A stretch of 64,000 nucleotides of DNA from assembly GCA_049696815.1 (NCBI GenBank), contig JBAVUO010000074.1, positions 13,369-77,368 on the forward strand, written 5' to 3'. How positions within the stretch are numbered: position 1 is the stretch's first letter; each line of letters opens with the position of its first letter. Of the stretch, positions 9,382 to 16,905 are shown in pieces. Under the pieces are notes generated by a model that was not told where the DNA came from, did not search any database, and saw nothing but the letters and a program-made list of their open reading frames with translations. The stretch is from Terriglobales bacterium. GTDB taxonomy: Bacteria > Acidobacteriota > Terriglobia > Terriglobales > Acidobacteriaceae. Position numbers and translations under genes: made by a program.

Positions 9382-9707
9382 TCTAAGTTCCTCCAGTCAG
9401 ACATCACGTCGGTCCGAGACGACACTTGCCGCGGAACTATAGCACTGAAGGACCCTTCCAGCACACTTTCCGCACAATTTTGACGTTGTTTTTACAAATG
9501 ACGCCGAGAGCGATGGGGGCCGCATTTCTCCGCACGCCGGCTACTGCGTGAAAGCGTCAACCTTCTCAAGAACTGCCGCGGTTGGAAGGTCCCAAAAGCC
9601 GGCGGCGTGTATACCAACGTACCGTTAATGTCCAAGACGTTATACACCGGGCCTAGGGCCAGCGCCTCATTGTTCAGTTGGGAAACTGCGGAAGCTTCCT
9701 CTGGTTG

Positions 9708-10559
9708 CTACGTTGCGGTGCTTGCTGCTCTTTTGCGCGCGGCGGGTAGTTTGACGTCCCAGGCGAGGCCCAGGGTGCGCAGGGCGGAGATGCCGTACCA
9801 ATTCAGGTCGAATTCGTACCAGGCGAGGCCATGACGAGCCGACTGCGGGTGGGCGTGGTGGTTATTGTGCCAGCCTTCGCCGAAGCTTAACATCGCAACC
9901 CAGAAATTGTTCGTGGAGTTGTCGCCTGTGAGAAACCGGCGCGATCCCCACATGTGAGTGCCAGAGTTTACGAGATAAGTGGCGTGGAGGCCGACTACGG
10001 TGCGCAAGAAGATACCCCACATCACGTAGCGCCAACCGCCCAAAACGAGAACGGTGATCGCTAGGATGGCCAGTGGAATCCAGTGCCATTTGCTGATCCA
10101 GATCATGAACTTATCTTTGCGGAGATCGGGGACGTAGGGCAGAAGTTCGGTTGTCTTGTTGTGTATCGCATCGCCAGTAATGATCCAGCCCATGTGCGCC
10201 CAGAAACCACCATCGCGCGGAGAATGCGGATCGCCCTCTTTATCGGAATTCTGATGATGGAGACGATGCGTCGCCACCCAACCAATCGGACCACCTTGCA
10301 GAGCCAGGGTGCCACAGACGGTCAGGCAGTATTCCATCCACTTGGGTGTCTTGTAGCCGCGGTGGGTGAGCAGCCGGTGGAATCCCATGCCAATACCCAG
10401 ACTCTCCGCGATCCACCACATCAAGAGGGCGAACGCCAGCGCTTTCCAGCTGAACATGAAGAGGGCAACGATGGCGCAGACGTGGAATAGCGCCAAGAAC
10501 AAAGTGATGGTCAGATTGATGGGCTGGGCAAAGGTCTTGTCGCGGTTGAAGATGCTCAT
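9708..10559 (-). CDS. acyl-CoA (delta-9 type) fatty-acid desaturase
   Basis: Three histidine boxes (HRLLTH, HRLHHQNSD, WHNNHHAHP) and four hydrophobic segments. Confidence 0.9.
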   Translation of the reverse strand: MSIFNRDKTFAQPINLTITLFLALFHVCAIVALFMFSWKALAFALLMWWIAESLGIGMGFHRLLTHRGYKTPKWMEYCLTVCGTLALQGGPIGWVATHRLHHQNSDKEGDPHSPRDGGFWAHMGWIITGDAIHNKTTELLPYVPDLRKDKFMIWISKWHWIPLAILAITVLVLGGWRYVMWGIFLRTVVGLHATYLVNSGTHMWGSRRFLTGDNSTNNFWVAMLSFGEGWHNNHHAHPQSARHGLAWYEFDLNWYGISALRTLGLAWDVKLPAARKRAASTAT

Positions 10560-10646
10560 TCCGATAGTTTTCGAGGGCCAGATTTAATTGCAACACAAAG
10601 CCGAGAGATCTTTTGTAATACCTGCGTAATTGTTGTTGGGTGAATT

Positions 10647-12128
10647 TCAGGAACTGCCGAGTCTCGCGCGGTTCTTCCACTTCCAGTAGAGATATCCGGG
10701 CACGCCGATGAGCACAATCGTTGTGCCCCAAAAGGCCTCGGTGGGTCGGGTGATGATGGTGTTCAGCGTCCAGGCGGCGCCCGCGAGCACATAGATGGCC
10801 GGGAGCCATGGGTATCCCGTGCAGCGGTAGGGGCGTGGGACATCCGGTCGCTTCCAGCGCAAGACGAAGAGGCCAATGACGGTCAGCGTGTAGGAGAGCA
10901 CCATGCCGTAGATCACGTAGGTGTAAAGCTGGTCGTAGCGCCCGCTCAGGGTGAGCAGCGCGGCCCAGATGCCTTGACCGATCAGGCTGAATGCGGGAGT
11001 TCGCCACTTGGGATGGATGACCGCCATGCGCTTGAAGAAGACACCGTCCTGCGCCATGGCGAGATAGACGCGCGCGCCGGAAAGCGTGCAGGTAGCGGCG
11101 GCGCTAAAACACGAGATCGCGATCGTGGCCGACAGCCAGACCGCCGCGCCCGGCGAAAACAACCTGGCGGCGGCGGCATGGGCGATGGTTTCATATTTGG
11201 ACACCTCGCTGAGCGGCATGGCGTAGACGTAGGTCAGGTTCATCGCGATGTAGATCGCGCCTACCGCCAACACGCCCAGCACCATGGCCAGCGGCACATT
11301 ACGGCGGGGTTCTTTCACTTCTCCGGCAACCCAGGTGATGTACACCCAGCCGTCATACGCCCAGAAAACGGCGATCAATCCCACGCCCATCGCGGAAATC
11401 AGCTGCCCCGGACTCAGGCCCATACTCAGCCCACCAGCGGCGTGGGCGGAGAAGTTAGACAAGTGTCCCTTGCCGATGGCAAATCCCAACCCGACGAACG
11501 CGGCCATAGCGGCGAACTTGGTCCAGGTAGAAACATTTTGCAGCAGCGCGCCCCAGCGCAATCCGACGACGTTGACGTAAGTGAGACTGACGATCAGGCC
11601 GAGGCCCACAGCATGCGCACGCGTGAAAACGATCGTGAACGTGGCCCAGAGCACGTGACCATCCGCGAGGGTGGGATACGGCAGATTGATGTTCGCAATC
11701 ACGTGCTGCTGCGACATCCAGGGAATGATGTTCCCCATGTAAGCTGCGGAAGCGACGGAGAGGGCGGCGATGGTGCCGCCGTTGGCGACGGCGAACAGCA
11801 TCCATCCGTAAAGAAAGGCGACGAGGTCGCCATAGGCTTCGCGCAGGTAAATGTACTGGCCGCCGGAGTCGGGAAACATGGAGCCCAGTTCGGCGAACGC
11901 GACGCAGGCGCAGAGCGAAATCACTCCGCCCAGGACCCAGACCAGGAAGAACCACAGCGGGTGGGGCAGGGGGCCGGCAATGTCTTTGGCGGTGAGAAAG
12001 ATCGAAGAGCCGATGATGCCACTCACCAGCAGCAGGACGGAGTCGAGCAGGCTGAGTCCGCGGACCAGAGTGGGCCGCGCGCCGGAAGTGTCAGTCGCGG
12101 AAGTCTGGGAATTGGGAGCCGTGTTCAT
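10647..12128 (-). CDS. APC-superfamily amino acid permease
   Basis: 493 aa with about 12 hydrophobic helices. N-terminal block GIIGSSIFLTAKDIA and GGQYIYLREAYG, typical of APC transporters. The + ORF 10974..12131 is its shadow. Confidence 0.9.
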   Translation of the reverse strand: MNTAPNSQTSATDTSGARPTLVRGLSLLDSVLLLVSGIIGSSIFLTAKDIAGPLPHPLWFFLVWVLGGVISLCACVAFAELGSMFPDSGGQYIYLREAYGDLVAFLYGWMLFAVANGGTIAALSVASAAYMGNIIPWMSQQHVIANINLPYPTLADGHVLWATFTIVFTRAHAVGLGLIVSLTYVNVVGLRWGALLQNVSTWTKFAAMAAFVGLGFAIGKGHLSNFSAHAAGGLSMGLSPGQLISAMGVGLIAVFWAYDGWVYITWVAGEVKEPRRNVPLAMVLGVLAVGAIYIAMNLTYVYAMPLSEVSKYETIAHAAAARLFSPGAAVWLSATIAISCFSAAATCTLSGARVYLAMAQDGVFFKRMAVIHPKWRTPAFSLIGQGIWAALLTLSGRYDQLYTYVIYGMVLSYTLTVIGLFVLRWKRPDVPRPYRCTGYPWLPAIYVLAGAAWTLNTIITRPTEAFWGTTIVLIGVPGYLYWKWKNRARLGSS

Positions 12129-12163
12129 TGAGGGGTCGGTCAGTTTTTCATCCGTTAGCAGAT

Positions 12164-12277
12164 CGGGTCGTTGGTCGTTCGTCGTTGGTCGTTCGCAATC
12201 CGTCGTTCGCTGATCGCTATTCGCAAGGCAGATGCCTCAGGGTGTTGCGAACGACCAACGACCAGCGACCAGCGACC
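12164..12277. repeat. family-B palindromic repeat (GTCGTTGGTCGTTCG type)
   Basis: Left arm GGGTCGTTGGTCGTTCGTCGTTGGTCGTTCGC.. and right arm GCGAACGACCAACGACCAGCGACCAGCGACC. A second copy lies at 47648-47770. Confidence 0.7.
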
Positions 12278-12281
12278 AGTT

Positions 12282-12455
12282 TCAGCCCATGGCCAGTTCG
12301 TCGGGGGACTCGAGCGGAGTGCCGCAGCGGCGGCAGATCACGGCGGAACAGTCTCCGCAAGTCAGCGGGTCGTTCACTTCGGCGGCGCAGACCGGACAGT
12401 ACAGCACCTCAGCGGACTGCTTCGCGCCCGGAGCCCGGTTGTCGCTGGAACTCAT
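12282..12455 (-). CDS. small zinc-ribbon protein (57 aa)
   Basis: Only the last 57 codons of track ORF 12282..12788 look coding: MSSSDNRAPGAKQSAEVLYCPVCAAEVNDPLTCGDCSAVICRRCGTPLESPDELAMG, with a CxxC...CxxC...CxxC pattern. Confidence 0.5.
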   Translation of the reverse strand: MSSSDNRAPGAKQSAEVLYCPVCAAEVNDPLTCGDCSAVICRRCGTPLESPDELAMG

Positions 12456-12553
12456 GAAGGCGAAACTGTAACACAGTTTGGGGAACGGGCTTACGCGGGC
12501 CCTCAACTCCGGGCCTGTTCTGCCGATAATCAGGTTAGAGGCCTTGGTCTGCC

Positions 12554-12982
12554 ATGAAGAAGTTGCTGGTCGTTGTCGCAATGTTCGCCGCCGCCCTGGC
12601 GGCGAAGAATGTTCCCCGAAACCACGTCGGGGAGTTGCTGAGCATGGTGTCCGTGCCCTGCGGCCCGATGGAAACAAGCAGCCTCGGCAACGCGCTCCTG
12701 GGAGCGCCACAAGTCCAGATCCAGGAAGAGAGACTCTGTGCGGAATATATCCTGCACTCGGAGGGGCTCTACTACCGCATCCGGTCAAAGGATCGCAAGC
12801 ATCCGGTGCTGCTTCCGATCGGGGAACAGGCGCAGTTCCACCTTGAGAAAGGCCACATGCTGCTGCAGGTGGAAGACTTCGACCAGGAGGTGTACCAGTT
12901 CTCGGTGCTGGCGATCATTCCGGAAGCCCACGCCGCTGGCTTCCTGCGGTCATCGGCCGCCGGAAAGAAGCCGCCCGAATAG
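12554..12982 (+). CDS. hypothetical secreted protein
   Basis: Signal peptide MKKLLVVVAMFAAALAA and non-shadow amino acid composition. I do not recognise a family. Confidence 0.6.
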   Translation: MKKLLVVVAMFAAALAAKNVPRNHVGELLSMVSVPCGPMETSSLGNALLGAPQVQIQEERLCAEYILHSEGLYYRIRSKDRKHPVLLPIGEQAQFHLEKGHMLLQVEDFDQEVYQFSVLAIIPEAHAAGFLRSSAAGKKPPE

Positions 12983-13013
12983 TGGCGGAGCATCGGGAGC
13001 CCAGTCCTGCAAT

Positions 13014-13739
13014 TCACTGGTCGCGCTTGCGTAGGATGACGTCGCCTTCGGCAGGCGGCAGGGAGAAGGGAAACTCCCAGTAGTTGTCTTTCGTTTTCAC
13101 GCGGAGAATGAAGTCTTCCCGGCTCTTCCAGGGGCCAATCCACTTGTTTTGGCTGCCGAAGAAGACCCACCCGTGCACTTCTGGATTGCCGGGTGTCAGG
13201 ATGGCTTCCTGGAGACTCTGCGTACTGATGAATTCGATGAACTCGGAAACTTCCTTCTGGTATTCGCGCGCGTAGGCGGTCTTTTCCCCGGCCTTCTCGG
13301 GATGCTTCTTGATCTCGCGCTCAGTGTCGAAAACGAGCGTATCGATATCGTTCTGCATTCTGGTGGAGAACTCGTCAGGATCGAGATAGCCCTCGGCGAC
13401 GTTGTGATGCCGGACAAATTGCATGCGCAAACCGGCGGGAAATTCAAATTTGTCGTGCCCGGTGTAAGTGACGGACAGGTACACGCCAAGGGGGTGATAA
13501 AGGCGATGGCGGCTCTTCGTTAATTCCTGGGAATCCACGATGAGAGTCATGTCCACATCGCCCTCGGTCATACGCCAGCGGTAGCGGCCGTCGTTTCCGC
13601 GCTGGAACTCGCAATTTGGAGCACCGGCACGCCAGCGTATCGTGTTCGACGGCTCCTTGGGGCACTGGCTCTGGGGTACCACCAGAACCAAGCAGAGCAG
13701 GGAACCGCAAATCTTCGGGAATTGACGGAAACTCCACAT
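13014..13739 (-). CDS. hypothetical secreted protein
   Basis: 241 aa with an N-terminal hydrophobic signal (ICGSLLCLVLVVPQSQC) and balanced K/E/D/F/Y composition unlike GC shadow ORFs. Confidence 0.7.
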   Translation of the reverse strand: MWSFRQFPKICGSLLCLVLVVPQSQCPKEPSNTIRWRAGAPNCEFQRGNDGRYRWRMTEGDVDMTLIVDSQELTKSRHRLYHPLGVYLSVTYTGHDKFEFPAGLRMQFVRHHNVAEGYLDPDEFSTRMQNDIDTLVFDTEREIKKHPEKAGEKTAYAREYQKEVSEFIEFISTQSLQEAILTPGNPEVHGWVFFGSQNKWIGPWKSREDFILRVKTKDNYWEFPFSLPPAEGDVILRKRDQ

Positions 13740-13849
13740 GCAACGGAGACGCCTGAGCCAGAGTACCGATCCAGGTCGGATCAGGCAAGCGGCGGGCCGT
13801 TCGAGGGCGGACGCAGCAGCGAATCCTTATGTGTTAGATTGAAAAGTGG

Positions 13850-13925
13850 GGGCGCGTAGCTCAGTTGGTAGAGCAATGCCCTTTTAAGGCATGGGTCGCA
13901 GGTTCGAATCCTGCCGCGCTCACCA
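13850..13925 (+). tRNA. tRNA-Lys (anticodon UUU), CCA encoded
   Basis: GGGCGCG-TA-GCTC-AGTTGGTA-GAGC-A-ATGCC-CTTTTAA-GGCAT-GGGTC-GCAGG-TTCGAAT-CCTGC-CGCGCTC-A-CCA. It forms a cloverleaf with a 7-bp acceptor stem (one G-U pair), a TTCGAAT T-loop and anticodon TTT. Confidence 0.95.
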
Positions 13926-13958
13926 ATTTCCCTTATCGTGGTGGTTCCCCCACGTTTC

Positions 13959-15371
13959 TCAGGCCGGCTCGCCGCGCAGCAAGATCTGAATCAGCAACAG
14001 CCACCGCCGGACGTTGGTGGTCATGAGGAAGTTTTCCTTTACATGCTCGTGGCCGTTCCGGCCAAGCTGGGCGGCAAAGTCGGGATGGGTCAGCAGATAG
14101 CGGATCTGATACGCGCATCCCTCGACCGAATGCACCAGCGCACCGGTCAGCTTATGGATGATCTGGTTTGGAATGCCCCCGACGGCGCCGGCGATGGTCG
14201 GCTTGCCCTTCCAGAGAGCCTCGGTGACGGTGAGCCCAAAGCCCTCCTTAATGGATTTCTGCACGACCAGTGTCGAAGCGCGTTGCAAGGCATTGATTTC
14301 CAGCGCGCACCACGGCGGCAGGTCGAGAATGATGATGTCGGGATCGTTGCCGGCCGCCTCCTGGACTTCTTTTAGAACTATCGCTCCCTCCGGATCGTCG
14401 CTCGCTCCGCCCCCGGCCAGCACCAGTTGGCAATCCACATATTTTCTGGCCAGCTTGAAGGCCTGGACCACTCCCACCGGATCCTTCAACCGGTCGAAAC
14501 GTGAAACCTGGGTCACGATGGGCCGATGGCGATTGATTCCGAATTCGTCGCACACCTTCTGAACCAGGCTGTCTTCGAGTTCCTTGTTCTTTTCCGAGAG
14601 CGGATCGATGCACGGGTAGACCAGATACTGAGGGACCGGCAACTGGCGGGCAAACGACTGCGAGGAAAAGATTGCAGCGTCATATTGTTCGATGAAGGGC
14701 CGCAGAAAACCCCACACTTGGGGGTGGGGATTGGATAAGTCGATGTGGCAGCGCCACGCCCAGCGTGACCTTCCCTGGCGCGCACGAATGAGCGCCGCAG
14801 GCTGCGGGTCATGGATCACAACCACATCTTCCGGAAACTGCATGCGCTGGCGGTTTTGCTCGTTGTACATCAGGAAGATTTCCTGCGCCTGCCGCGTCAG
14901 TTCGTAGTTGCTGCCGTGCAGCGCGTTGTGAAAGGCCTTGGTCACTTCGAAAAAGTCGTTTCCTCCGGTAATGACGTCCCAGTGTGTCGCGACCTCCAGT
15001 TCGCTCAGCAACGGGACCAGCCGGTTCAGCATCTCGGCAACTCCTCCGCCCACCGCCGTGGAGCTGACCATCTTTACGGTTTTTCCCTGGAGCTCACGGG
15101 CGAGGAAGCGCAACTCTTCGATTTCGGCTGCACCCACAATTGCTTGATAGTCATCCAGGTGGGGCGGCGGAACCGGCGCCGGGGGAGTCTCCCAGGGCCG
15201 GGGCAGTTTCCGCCGTTCCGGCCGGAGCGGCACGACCTGGGAGGACGTCGCGGGCTGGTCCGATGGAATCTCGGGCGCTCCCCGGCCGCTGTCTCTGGTT
15301 GGCTGCTTCATTGGTTCCATGGTTTGCTCACCACCGGCTCGTCTTGACCGTTCCTTACGATTAGCCCCCAC
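13959..15371 (-). CDS. treT: GT4 glycosyltransferase, trehalose glycosyltransferring synthase (TreT)-like, with a disordered N-terminal extension of about 85 aa
   Basis: The blocks STAVGGGVAEMLNRLVPLL, VVIHDPQPAALI, WAWRCHIDLSNPHPQVW, IDPLSEKNKEL, IVTQVSRFDRLKDP, ASDDPEG and QKSIKEGFGLTVTEALWKGKPTIAGAVGGI match archaeal/bacterial TreT as I remember it. It is the last gene of the trehalose operon. Confidence 0.7.
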   Translation of the reverse strand: MGANRKERSRRAGGEQTMEPMKQPTRDSGRGAPEIPSDQPATSSQVVPLRPERRKLPRPWETPPAPVPPPHLDDYQAIVGAAEIEELRFLARELQGKTVKMVSSTAVGGGVAEMLNRLVPLLSELEVATHWDVITGGNDFFEVTKAFHNALHGSNYELTRQAQEIFLMYNEQNRQRMQFPEDVVVIHDPQPAALIRARQGRSRWAWRCHIDLSNPHPQVWGFLRPFIEQYDAAIFSSQSFARQLPVPQYLVYPCIDPLSEKNKELEDSLVQKVCDEFGINRHRPIVTQVSRFDRLKDPVGVVQAFKLARKYVDCQLVLAGGGASDDPEGAIVLKEVQEAAGNDPDIIILDLPPWCALEINALQRASTLVVQKSIKEGFGLTVTEALWKGKPTIAGAVGGIPNQIIHKLTGALVHSVEGCAYQIRYLLTHPDFAAQLGRNGHEHVKENFLMTTNVRRWLLLIQILLRGEPA

Positions 15372-16051
15372 TACGTCAGCGCCCGTTCCACGACCCGCAC
15401 AATTTGCCCGCGAACATCTTCCAGCGTTGCCGTGTAGATGTCGATCCGGTTCAAGGCACGGGCGGTCTCGGTCAACCCCACATCCTCATGCAGCCATTGC
15501 GAGAAATCGTTGGACATGAGCTTGAGCCGCAGCCGCGCCTCGATGAAATGATGATGAATGGAATGCAAGCTCACGTGCCTGAGTCCCTCGGCGAACTCAT
15601 GCATCGTGTTGGCCACAAAGCTGGTGGGCACCACGACCGAGTCGGAAGCGCAAAAATAGAACGTCTCGTCTGCGATTCGTTTGCCAGCTTCCGGATTGCG
15701 TTGGAGATATTTCTCCAGGATCTGGATGATTCGGTCGCGCAGCTCGGGCACCGACGTGAACTCGCGAACGTCGACGCTAGCCAGCCGCTCGGCCAGGCTC
15801 GGCTCATTGCACGCCGAAAGCGCCCAGTGCGCAAAGTCATTGGAGAAGCCCTCGCGCAGAAAGTGATGCTCCTCAAGGGTGCGGAATGTGTGCTGGAAGA
15901 TGGAGTCGTCGGGGCATTCCCGCAACGCATCCAGCAACTCCGAGAGCGTATTTGCGCGCTGCCGGGTGATGCGCAGAAGGTGCGCCGACGTATTGAAATA
16001 GAATGGCTTCGCCGGTGTGCGTTGGAGAGTTGGTGCCACTGCGCTGGTCAT
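15371..16051 (-). CDS. conserved hypothetical protein with internal duplication (possibly DUF5752-like)
   Basis: 226 aa. Two homologous halves each begin F(Y)F and contain a ..NDF(A/S)xW(A/L).. block. Its start overlaps the otsB stop by 4 nt, and its stop overlaps the GT4 start. Confidence 0.7.
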   Translation of the reverse strand: MTSAVAPTLQRTPAKPFYFNTSAHLLRITRQRANTLSELLDALRECPDDSIFQHTFRTLEEHHFLREGFSNDFAHWALSACNEPSLAERLASVDVREFTSVPELRDRIIQILEKYLQRNPEAGKRIADETFYFCASDSVVVPTSFVANTMHEFAEGLRHVSLHSIHHHFIEARLRLKLMSNDFSQWLHEDVGLTETARALNRIDIYTATLEDVRGQIVRVVERALT

Positions 16052-16875
16052 CGGTTCACCGCTACGGCGGCCGCAGCGCCAGATTCATCTCGCCGGCGGC
16101 AGGCCTGGAGCCACTGGGTCAGAAAGTCGAGCAGTTCTTCGGGCGGCTGAAGCCACAACTGGGCCGCGGTTTCCCGCCACTGCGGACGCACGAGCACGCT
16201 CAAGCCCCGGCCATGAATAGCCTGGAATGCGGGTTCGTCCGTGTTATCGTCGCCCAGATAAGCTGCGGGCGTGTCCCGATCCATTTCCTGCAAGAGAGCG
16301 CGGACCGCGTCGCCCTTGTCGGCATGGGGCGGACGGATTTCGACGCCACCGTCGAATTCCAACAGGTCGAGGCCAAAGCGCTCGGCGACGGGCATCCAGC
16401 CCAGCAGCACCCGGCCCCGGACCGCCTCCGCCTCACACTCACCCAGTCCTCGCCAATGGACTGCTATGCTTCCCGTCTTGAACTCTGCCGCGCGTCGCAG
16501 CCCCTGGTACTCCAGCCAGTGGTCGGCGACCGATAAGGCCTCGGGAATGTGCTCATCCAGTTCGGGAATCTCCGCGCTCCCGTTGGGCTTGAGCCGCTGC
16601 AAACCGTGCAGTCCCCAGACCTCCGGACAGGGTTGAATGCCCAGCAGCGAAATGGCGTCGCTCACATCGCGTCCCGAGATGATGACCACGCGTGTCCGGC
16701 CGTTGCGCACAATCTCCTGCAGAACTGCGGCCACTCCGGGATACGGTAAGGCCCGGTCTCGCTCCGTGCGGAATGGCGCCAGCGTCCCGTCGTAGTCGAG
16801 CAGCAGCAGGGATCGGGACGCCTGCGCGACAGTTTTCACAAGCGACTCAACCTGCGGTTGCGCGTCTGGTCTCAA
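16048..16875 (-). CDS. otsB: trehalose-6-phosphate phosphatase
   Basis: HAD motifs LLLDYDGTLAP, ISGR and KGDAVRALL..YLGDDNTDEPAF. Confidence 0.85.
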   Translation of the reverse strand: MRPDAQPQVESLVKTVAQASRSLLLLDYDGTLAPFRTERDRALPYPGVAAVLQEIVRNGRTRVVIISGRDVSDAISLLGIQPCPEVWGLHGLQRLKPNGSAEIPELDEHIPEALSVADHWLEYQGLRRAAEFKTGSIAVHWRGLGECEAEAVRGRVLLGWMPVAERFGLDLLEFDGGVEIRPPHADKGDAVRALLQEMDRDTPAAYLGDDNTDEPAFQAIHGRGLSVLVRPQWRETAAQLWLQPPEELLDFLTQWLQACRRRDESGAAAAVAVNR

Positions 16876-16905
16876 TACCTCATCCTATCTCTACCGTTCG
16901 GCCGA

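Noticed and set aside
9590-9655. Imperfect inverted repeat GTGTATACCAACGT..ACGTTATACAC after the desaturase gene, considered as a terminator or operator.
   Set aside because: The stem is AT-rich, bulged and weak, and only a short CTTTTG follows on the minus strand. It is too ambiguous to call.
10974-12131. 385-aa + ORF opposite the amino acid permease.
   Set aside because: The minus-strand product is a textbook 12-TM APC transporter. The + ORF is a hydrophilic, low-complexity shadow.
12456-12788. Upstream two-thirds of the 168-aa - ORF 12282..12788.
   Set aside because: It is Arg/Pro/Gly-rich low complexity and overlaps the better + gene 12554..12982. Only the last 57 codons (the zinc ribbon) look coding.
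12130-13960. A tRNA-Lys-adjacent genomic island made up of the hypothetical genes 12282-13739.
   Set aside because: There is no integrase, no direct repeat of the tRNA 3' end, and no obvious compositional shift. Evidence is insufficient.
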